Part shown: in pieces, positions 26,097-32,000 of the stretch
How positions within the stretch are numbered: position 1 is the first letter of the stretch
How the letters are laid out: every line of letters begins with the position of its first letter
Assembly: GCF_000011125.1 (NCBI RefSeq)
Contig: NC_000854.2
Span: 1,230,001-1,262,000 of the forward strand
Direction: 5' to 3'
From: Aeropyrum pernix K1
GTDB lineage: Archaea > Thermoproteota > Thermoprotei_A > Sulfolobales > Acidilobaceae
DNA: 32,000 nucleotides
Translations under genes and position numbers: made by a program
The notes under the pieces: generated by a model
The model's database searches: none
Seen by the model: the letters and a program-made list of their open reading frames with translations, nothing else
What the model was told of the DNA's origin: nothing

Positions 26097-26615
26097 TTGA
26101 GGGCGCTTATATTCGGAAGGTTCCAGCCCTTCCACAAGGGCCATCTGTCTATAGTGAAGTGGGCCTTCGAGAGGGGGTACAGCGAGCTCGTCTTCCTAGT
26201 GGGAATGGCTTCCGAGAACTACACGCCTAGGAACCCCTTCACCGCGGGGGAGAGGATAGAGATGATCAGGCTCTCGTTCCTCGACGCCGGCCTTCCGCTC
26301 GAGAAGGCCATAACCGCCACTATCAGGACCCTAGAGACTAGCATCGGGAGTGTATACTACGTCCTATCATACGTCCCCCGGGTCGACACAATACTGACGA
26401 GGAACCCGGTTATAGCTAAGATCTTCCTCGATGCAGGAGTCAATGTGGAGAGGCCGCCTCTGTTTAACAGGGACGAGTGGAGGGGGGAGAAGATTAGGAT
26501 GTGGATAGCCCGGGGGGACGATAGGTGGAGGAGCACCGTAACCCCGTCCACTGCCAGGTTTATAGAGGAGATAGGGGGCGTGGAGAGGATAAGGTGGTCT
26601 CTCGCCTCGGACTAG
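26097..26615 (+). CDS. nadM: nicotinamide-nucleotide adenylyltransferase, archaeal type
   Basis: RALIFGRFQPFHKGHL (the (H/T)xGH motif), NPFTAGER and the C-terminal IGGVERIR match archaeal NMNAT. The start is probably TTG 26097 or GTG 26088. The ORF is open from 26052. Confidence 0.88.
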   Translation: MRALIFGRFQPFHKGHLSIVKWAFERGYSELVFLVGMASENYTPRNPFTAGERIEMIRLSFLDAGLPLEKAITATIRTLETSIGSVYYVLSYVPRVDTILTRNPVIAKIFLDAGVNVERPPLFNRDEWRGEKIRMWIARGDDRWRSTVTPSTARFIEEIGGVERIRWSLASD

Positions 26616-27733
26616 ACTGTGGATATCCTGAACCTGAGTATGCCGGCTAGGCCGCCGAACGTCTTTAGGAACCACTCGGCCTCTGCAAGGCTCTCGGGCA
26701 CCACTATCACCTGGGCCCCAGAGCTCTTAGCCTTCTCCACCCACTCCTCCAGGTCCTCCCTAGACTCGTGTATGAGCAGGGTCTTCACAGCCCCCATCTC
26801 CAGAGCAGCCTCCACATCCTTCTCACCATAGACGATCATCCCCGTCCCCTTGGCCAGGTGGAGCTTGAACTCCTCCATAGCGTTCACCGCATCCCTGTAC
26901 ATCTGGGCCTCGACAACCTTCTCAGCCTTCATAACAGCCTCCTTAAGCCCCTGGAGCCCCTGGTAGGCCACGTCAACGAGCTCTGGCGCCAGTATCTTCT
27001 TCAGCCTGTAGTCGAGGTAGTTGCCCTCCACAAACTCCTGCTTCGCCAGACCCGGCCCCGCCACTATAACCCCCTTCAACACGCCCTTCTCAGCAAGGGG
27101 GACGAGGAGGTTGCTGGCCTCCTCGCCGACCTTCTTGAAGAACTCATCCACCATCTGCTCTATAATCCTCTCATACCTCCTCTGGCTCTGACCGCCCATC
27201 TTGTGCTTCCCCGGCACGAAGCCCTCCAGCTCTTTGAGGACCTCGAGCCTCGCACCCTTCAACAGCCCTATGGTGGCCTGGTCCCTCTCCACAATTATAA
27301 TACCGATAGCGTTGTTATCCTCGACCATATCCTCCAGGAAGTCTGTTATGAACCTCTTATCGGTCCTGTAGTAGAAGACCCGTATCGGCTCTGGAGGGCT
27401 GAACATGAAGCACTCGAACTTCCCTGTCGACATATCCTCCCCGCAGAAGAGAACCAGGCCGTTGGGAGGGGTTGAGGTGAGCATCTGCAGCCTGTCCATA
27501 GCGGCGGAGAGGGCCCTCTTAACAGCCTGCCGAGTCCTCTTCAGCTTAATGTTATCCGTTATACTATACTCCTGCCTCAGCAGGGTCATCACATCGCTGA
27601 GCGGCCTACCCGGGGGTATGTAGAGGCTAAGAAGCACCGTGGCAGGCGCGCTCCACTTCTTCAGCTCCTTCAGCAGCCGCGCCAGCTCCCTCTTAGATAT
27701 GGTGAGCCTCTCCTCCAGCCTACCCTGACTCAA
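26612..27733 (-). CDS. prf1: peptide chain release factor aRF1
   Basis: 373 aa. GGQSQRR (GGQ motif), an NIK-type loop (NIKL here) and the three-domain eRF1 layout. TTG start with TATA-like sequence about 24 nt upstream. Confidence 0.92.
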   Translation of the reverse strand: MSQGRLEERLTISKRELARLLKELKKWSAPATVLLSLYIPPGRPLSDVMTLLRQEYSITDNIKLKRTRQAVKRALSAAMDRLQMLTSTPPNGLVLFCGEDMSTGKFECFMFSPPEPIRVFYYRTDKRFITDFLEDMVEDNNAIGIIIVERDQATIGLLKGARLEVLKELEGFVPGKHKMGGQSQRRYERIIEQMVDEFFKKVGEEASNLLVPLAEKGVLKGVIVAGPGLAKQEFVEGNYLDYRLKKILAPELVDVAYQGLQGLKEAVMKAEKVVEAQMYRDAVNAMEEFKLHLAKGTGMIVYGEKDVEAALEMGAVKTLLIHESREDLEEWVEKAKSSGAQVIVVPESLAEAEWFLKTFGGLAGILRFRISTV

Positions 27734-27750
27734 CCTATCAACACACCCCT

Positions 27751-27762
27751 AAAGCTTAATCT
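27751..27762 (-). promoter_or_regulatory. TATA-like element for aRF1
   Basis: The minus strand reads ATTAAGCTTTAG, centred about 24 nt upstream of TTG 27733. Confidence 0.3.
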
Positions 27763-27897
27763 GTTGCCTCAGAGATTCTTAAACACCAGCAGACCCCAAA
27801 GGCCTCTCGAACCTGGTGTTGTGGGGTTGGACAGCCGTATTACGGCGCCACACCCTGCTTATCGGCCTGCCAGGCTATATCTCTTTGGGGTGCCGGG

Positions 27898-28233
27898 ATG
27901 GTAGAGGCTACCATCTACGTTGGCATAGACTGGCGGGGGAGGCTAGCCGAGAGGGTTGTGAGGGAGGCGGCTGCGATACTCGCCAGGGAGTATGGCGTGC
28001 CTCTGGAGGTTAGCGTTGTCGAGATACCCTCCGACAGCCGTGAGTCGGAGTCGAGGGGTCTGCCCGTGCTTATGGTTGACGGAATTGTCGTCGCCGAGGG
28101 TAGGGTGCCCAGTATAGAGGAGGTGGTGGATGGAGTGTTCAAGATGCTGGAGGCCGCCCGCGGCGTGGGGCCAGCCGGCTTCCCCGTGTTCGACGATGGA
28201 GTCTGGGACGTTGTGGAAGAGGCAATAGCCTAG
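27898..28233 (+). CDS. thioredoxin-fold (Thioredoxin_3-like) protein lacking CxxC
   Basis: 111 aa. [12 protein letters not shown]...[23 protein letters not shown] mirrors the Thioredoxin_3 pattern (xPAlviNGkvv..GrvPs.eEi), but the CxxC position reads DWRG. Confidence 0.6.
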
Positions 28234-29174
28234 GGTACCAGCAGGGAGAGCACTGCCTTGTGGGCGTGCAGCCTGTTCTCGGCCTGGTCCCACACGGCGC
28301 TCCAGGGGCCGTCTATGACCTCGTCCGTCACCTCCTGCCCCCTCTTAGCTGGGAGGCAGTGCATGAATATCGCTCTGCCCCCCGTTGCCTCCATAAGCTT
28401 GGCGTTAACCTGGTAAGGCTTCAGCAGCTGCACCTTCTCCTCGGCCATGCTCTCCTGCCCCATGCTGACCCACACGTCTGTATAGACGACGTCAGCCCCA
28501 CGGACGGCCTCGTAGGGGTCGCTAACGATTTCTACAGACCCTCCGCTCTCCTCGGCGGCCTTTAAGGCTATGGATAGTATCCTCTCGTCCGGCCTTATCT
28601 GGGGGGGTGTGGCCACAGTTATGTGGAGCCCAAGCTTGGAGCCCGCGAGGAGGAGGCTGTGCAGCACGTTGTCTGCACCGTCACCAACGAAGGCCAGCTT
28701 CACGCCCTCGAGCCTCCCTTTCTTCTCGAGTATGGTGGCCATGTCAGCTATAGCCTGCAGGGGGTGAGTGAGGTCGCTTAGGCCGTTTATAACCGGTATG
28801 GAGGCGTGCCTCGCCATCTCCTCCAGGGTTTTGTGGCTCCTTACCCTGGCCACTATGGCGTCAAGATACCTAGAGAGGACTCTGGCGGTGTCAGCCACCG
28901 TCTCACCCCTCCCAAGCTGCGTCTCACTCGGGGTCATGTAGACTGTGTGCCCCCCTAGCTGGGCGACGGCCACCTCAAGGCTTATCCTGGTCCTCGTACT
29001 AGGCTTCTCGAAGAGCAGGCCCACGCTCCTCCCCCTAAGCACAGGTATGACCCTCTCCCCGGCGTAGTAGCGGCGCTTCATCTCGAGGGTCAGCTCAACC
29101 ATATGCCTAATCTCCTCGCCAGTATAGTCGGCCAGCCAGAGGAGGTGCCTCCCCCTGAGCCGGTGGAGACTCAA
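28230..29174 (-). CDS. argF: ornithine carbamoyltransferase
   Basis: STRTR ([15 protein letters not shown]), HPLQ ([12 protein letters not shown]) and HCLP ([10 protein letters not shown]) motifs. TTG 29174 ([12 protein letters not shown]...) gives a typical 314 aa. The ORF runs on to 29438 without similarity. Confidence 0.9.
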
Positions 29175-29289
29175 CCCTTCCCACCACAACTGCAGTTGTA
29201 GCCGTCTAGAGGTTATGTTGGTGCCCCGGCAGAGAATGCTCTGGATAAGGGGGCCGAGCGCCTCCTCAACAGTACTGGGATGAGAAGGG

Positions 29290-29529
29290 TTGGGGCCGAG
29301 TGAGAGGGTTGTGAAGGAGAGGCTTGTAAAGAGGCTGGAGGAGCGGGGCGTCGAGCCTGGGGCGGTGGCGGAGTGGCTGTGGGAGGAGTTCGGGATAAGA
29401 GTCGCCCCCAGGTGGGAGAGGGTTAGGCAGGCGCTCATGAGGCGTGACGTGACCCCCCAGGACCTCGTCTCCCTTCTCGACGAGCTGGGCTTCGATCTGG
29501 AGGCTGTTGAGGATGCTTGGGAGGAGTGA
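29290..29529 (+). CDS. hypothetical small acidic protein
   Basis: 79-aa ORF (TTG 29290, alternative GTG 29311). Helical. Divergent from argF and immediately upstream of the next ORF. Confidence 0.45.
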   Translation: MGPSERVVKERLVKRLEERGVEPGAVAEWLWEEFGIRVAPRWERVRQALMRRDVTPQDLVSLLDELGFDLEAVEDAWEE

Positions 29530-29557
29530 ATGCATACTCCTAAAATCCGTGCTGGAG

Positions 29558-30130
29558 ATGGCCAGGCCGAGGAAGGGTGGTACCCCGACGTTCACAGCCT
29601 ACCACGCCGCCCGGGCCCTAAACCTCCTCGAGGGCGAGAGGCTGGGGAGGCAGAGGCTTGCGAGAAGCCTCGGGCTTGGGGAGGCCTCGACAAGGACCCT
29701 GCTGGAGATAATGGGTGAGCTGGGGCTCGTGGAGAAGGCCGGCCGGGGGTTCCAGCCAACCAGCAGGGGCAGGGAGCTCGCCAAAACACTCTCCAGGGTC
29801 ATAAGGGTTCACACAGGGACTGCCAACCCCATACCCGGGGGGGCAGCAATAATCCTGCCAAACATAGACCCCCCCGAGGACCTCACGTCCGTGTATAAGA
29901 TAAGAGACTACCTAGTAGAGGAGGGCTGCAAGGTAGCCGTCATAGGGGGCACCCAGCAGGGAAGGCCGGTCTTCCCAGGGGTGGAAGGCCCGCCGGTAAC
30001 ATATATCGTCGAGGCCGTCGAGGACCTCGGCATAACAGGCAGCTCAACCATAATATTCGTCCCCCGAACATGCCTGCCCCAAGCCTACAACGCTGCACTC
30101 AGGATAATTGTGGAGAGGCTGTGTAAGTAG
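29558..30130 (+). CDS. winged-helix DNA-binding protein with C-terminal alpha/beta domain (DUF4443-like?)
   Basis: The ORF is open from TTG 29507, with ATG at 29513 and 29558. wHTH-like stretch [36 protein letters not shown]. The family name is tentative. Confidence 0.6.
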   Translation: MARPRKGGTPTFTAYHAARALNLLEGERLGRQRLARSLGLGEASTRTLLEIMGELGLVEKAGRGFQPTSRGRELAKTLSRVIRVHTGTANPIPGGAAIILPNIDPPEDLTSVYKIRDYLVEEGCKVAVIGGTQQGRPVFPGVEGPPVTYIVEAVEDLGITGSSTIIFVPRTCLPQAYNAALRIIVERLCK

Positions 30131-30171
30131 ATTCAGCCCGGTGTTATGGGGGGTTCCTATACACTAGCCCT

Positions 30172-30191
30172 TGTTAACCCCCCGGTATACA
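30172..30191 (+). repeat. 20-bp inverted-repeat arm B (TGTTAACCCCCCGGTATACA)
   Basis: Perfect reverse complement of 31243-31262, and 24/26 matching when extended. A degenerate opposing copy at 30142-30157 (TGTTATGGGGGGTT) forms a local palindrome with it. Confidence 0.85.
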
Positions 30192-30399
30192 AGCTAGAAA
30201 CATAACATATACAACCACAACCAGCAAAGGAGTCTCGAAGAAGCGGTAGGTAGGGTTCGGGTTTTTCTTGTCTAGGTAATACGTTTATAATGATACAAAA
30301 GGTAATATCATAGAGTATTTAGTATTAGAGCTTACACCCGGCACCCCCAGGACCATAATATCGGGGGTGTATTGTAGTAGATACTAGTAGCCGGGTGGT

Positions 30400-31335
30400 C
30401 TAGGCATCTAGACCGGCGCTGCACGCCTCTAGAACATCTTTAGTCTTCTTGGACATGCCTACTCTCATGCCGAGACGGGGGTCGCGGTAGATGTATATGA
30501 AGCCCTTGGTCTGGAGGCTCCTCAGGTTCTTCACTAGCCACTGGAAGTCGGCCTGCATACCTTCCTGGAGCTGGTCTAGGTAGATGTATGTTGTCCCCCA
30601 CTTGGCGTAGTGGTCTAGAAGGAACCTCATGATCTCGGCCTCCTCCTCGTCAAGCTCCTCCGCTATAACGTCGAGGGCGCATGATGCTGTGAGACCCCTG
30701 TTTTGCTGTTTATTGCCTGGCTTACCTTTTAACCCGGCAATGAATGGCAAGGGAGGGCCAGCCTGCCTCCTCGGGCGCGCTTCTCTCTTGCTGTTTATTG
30801 CCGTCTTATCAGGTAAACTGTTGAGTATACGTTGGGCCACTGCAGCGAACTCGTTGAACCTATCCCTACTCTCCCTATCGAGGACCTCCCGGGCGTACTC
30901 CTCCCCAAGGGTGGTGAGGTACCAGAGGCCCGACTCGTACTCCACATACCCCCGGGTCTTCCAGTAGCTGAGGTAGCTGGATATGTAGCGGGTGCTGTAG
31001 CCCAGTATACCGGCGATCTCGGCAGCCCTCATAGGCTTGGCAAGCAGCATAACCAGTATGGCGTCGACAAGCCTGCTCCTAGGCCCCCTCCTACCCCGGG
31101 CCTTGGCCTTAGCCTCCTCATGCTGCTCCAGATACTCCCTAACCGCCCTCCAGAGGTCGTCAGACACGCCTAACCCCACAACAATAATATGCCGCTCTAG
31201 GGTGTGGTGTTGGAGGGGTTGGTAGTACTGGGCTGCAGAGCCTGTATACCGGGGGGTTAACAGGCCGTTCACCCAAACCGTGCCTTCATGTAACAAATTA
31301 TGGCAGGTTGTGTCGGGCACGGCTGGGTTCATCAC
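30400..31335 (-). CDS. two-winged-helix DNA-binding protein (plasmid/virus Rep- or regulator-like)
   Basis: 311-aa ORF from ATG 31335, with alternative GTG starts at 31179 and 31167. It has two wHTH-like units (LVDAILVMLLAKPMRAAEIAGILGYSTRYISSYLSYWKTRGYVE and IMRFLLDHYAKWGTTYIYLDQLQEG...LRSLQTKGFIYIY). They are joined by a basic linker. No housekeeping family recognised. Confidence 0.6.
   Translation of the reverse strand: MMNPAVPDTTCHNLLHEGTVWVNGLLTPRYTGSAAQYYQPLQHHTLERHIIVVGLGVSDDLWRAVREYLEQHEEAKAKARGRRGPRSRLVDAILVMLLAKPMRAAEIAGILGYSTRYISSYLSYWKTRGYVEYESGLWYLTTLGEEYAREVLDRESRDRFNEFAAVAQRILNSLPDKTAINSKREARPRRQAGPPLPFIAGLKGKPGNKQQNRGLTASCALDVIAEELDEEEAEIMRFLLDHYAKWGTTYIYLDQLQEGMQADFQWLVKNLRSLQTKGFIYIYRDPRLGMRVGMSKKTKDVLEACSAGLDA
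31243..31262 (-). repeat. 20-bp inverted-repeat arm C
   Basis: The plus strand reads TGTATACCGGGGGGTTAACA, the exact reverse complement of 30172-30191. It lies inside codons 25-31 of the long form of the ORF. Confidence 0.85.
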
Positions 31336-31340
31336 GGTCT

Positions 31341-31392
31341 CCCCGGGGCCGCCTACGGAAGCCCCTGGGGGCTTCCCTCGGGAACCCCGGGG
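31341..31392. promoter_or_regulatory. GC-rich nested palindromes (CCCCGGGG ... GGAAGCCCC-tg-GGGGCTTCC ... CCCCGGGG)
   Basis: CCCCGGGG occurs at 31341-31348 and 31385-31392. These flank a perfect 9+9 palindrome at 31357-31376, directly upstream of ATG 31335. Confidence 0.6.
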
Positions 31393-31434
31393 TCACCGGG
31401 GTTAGGTTTATGAACTTCAAGCCTTAAAGTTTTG

Positions 31435-31449
31435 TTGGGGATTCCCCAA
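31435..31449. promoter_or_regulatory. palindrome TTGGGGA-T-TCCCCAA
   Basis: Perfect 7+1+7 palindrome in the upstream region of the two-wHTH ORF. Confidence 0.55.
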
Positions 31450-31472
31450 TATGAGCTACCGAAGAGATATGC

Positions 31473-31503
31473 TTAGATAGGCATTCAACATCAGCCTATC
31501 TAA
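31473..31503. promoter_or_regulatory. 10-bp perfect inverted repeat TTAGATAGGC-N11-GCCTATCTAA
   Basis: 31473-31482 is the exact reverse complement of 31494-31503. Confidence 0.6.
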
Positions 31504-31516
31504 TAGCTCTACGCGG

Positions 31517-31556
31517 TATAGAAAGATACAGTCCGATACAGAAAGTTACAGCTTAG
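31517..31556. repeat. helically phased array: 4 x 10-bp units each starting TA(T/C)AG
   Basis: The units are TATAGAAAGA / TACAGTCCGA / TACAGAAAGT / TACAGCTTAG. GATACAG occurs at 31525-31531 and 31535-31541. TAYAGAAAG occurs at 31517-31525 and 31537-31545. Confidence 0.65.
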
Positions 31557-31610
31557 TGTTTCTGCCCCCGCACCACGGCCAACCAAAACCCTCAGGCGAC
31601 ACACCCCTCG

Positions 31611-32000
31611 CTAGTCCATGTAGCTTTCCAGCGTCTTCCTAGGCTTCATGAGCTGTGAGATCCTCTTCGCCAGGCCCCACTCGCCTATGAGCTTGGAGGC
31701 GAGGGCGTCCAGCTCGCCCGGCTGGGGGTTTTTGGCGAGGGGTTTTTGTGCTAGCGCGTGTTTGACCGTCTCCCTTATGTGCCAGTTGCCCACGGGGGCG
31801 TAGTACTGTGGGAGGACCTCCCTCACTATTATCACGTCAGCCCTTCGGCCGCGGGAGTATAGGTGTTCGAGGACGGGCAGCTTTGCGGCGCTGAAGCCGC
31901 CGTCCTCCATGTTCTTCCTGCCCAGGGGGTCTTCACGTACTACGGAAGCCACCGGGCCGCCGGCGCCGGGGGTCCAGACGGTGTGTGGGTGCCATATCTC
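31611..32000 (-). CDS. C-terminal part of an NreA-like (archaeal Nre family) DNA-repair protein; 5' end outside window
   Basis: The frame is open to the window edge (EIWHPHTVWTPGAGGP precedes the listed GTG). YYAPVGNWHIRETVKHAL resembles the Nre C-domain. The C-terminal RKTLESYMD resembles a PCNA-interacting (PIP) box. Confidence 0.45.
   Translation of the reverse strand, partial: EIWHPHTVWTPGAGGPVASVVREDPLGRKNMEDGGFSAAKLPVLEHLYSRGRRADVIIVREVLPQYYAPVGNWHIRETVKHALAQKPLAKNPQPGELDALASKLIGEWGLAKRISQLMKPRKTLESYMD

Noticed and set aside
26768-27475. 235-aa ORF on the plus strand
   Set aside because: It is antisense to aRF1. The Leu/His/Pro-rich translation is a shadow ORF of a GC-rich gene.
29175-29438. 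88-codon N-terminal extension of the argF ORF
   Set aside because: The extension has no OTCase similarity, is Ser/Thr/Leu-rich, and overlaps the divergent 29290 ORF. TTG 29174 gives the canonical length and an N-terminus LRGRHLL.
1-32000. CRISPR arrays, rRNA, tRNA, IS transposases, integrases, toxin-antitoxin pairs
   Set aside because: I scanned both strands by eye. I found no regularly spaced 24-40-bp repeats, no GTTCRAATC T-loops with acceptor pairing, no DDE/tyrosine-recombinase-like ORFs, and no VapBC/RelE-like small pairs.

Overview
Dense, mostly housekeeping chromosomal segment from a hyperthermophilic crenarchaeon. The gene set looks Desulfurococcales/Aeropyrum-like, and GC is mid-50s % by eye (not computed). 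TTG/GTG starts are frequent, and TATA-like boxes often sit about 24-33 nt upstream of start codons, which fits leaderless or near-leaderless mRNAs. I support about 41 CDS. Confident calls are ZPR1 zinc-finger protein, Hsp20, geranylgeranyl reductase, Ard1/RimI-type acetyltransferase, NadE, CoaBC, aldo/keto reductase, GlyA, Fe-alcohol dehydrogenase, SCP2 protein, M50 site-2 protease, carbamate kinase, a COG2403-type P-loop NTPase, SerS, a DUF59 Fe-S protein, a CinA-like protein, GNAT, NadM, aRF1 and ornithine carbamoyltransferase. I found no rRNA, tRNA, CRISPR array or recognisable transposase/integrase. The most unusual region is 30131-31610. It holds a two-winged-helix ORF bracketed by a perfect 20-bp inverted repeat, with a 15-nt third copy 23 kb away at 7058-7072. 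Its 275-bp upstream region is packed with palindromes and a 10-bp-phased TAYAG x4 array. This resembles a Rep/iteron mini-replicon remnant, an invertible segment or a non-autonomous element. Other leads are two hand-folded kink-turn plus ACA hairpins in ORF-free spacers (12203-12282 is good, 7085-7163 is weak). There is also a 685-bp ORF-free region at 7020-7704 next to a C2H2 zinc-finger ORF and a nuclease-like/wHTH ORF, a pair of paralogous 4-Cys miniproteins, and a pair of thioredoxin-fold proteins without CxxC. All family assignments come from motif recognition by eye. No searches were run.
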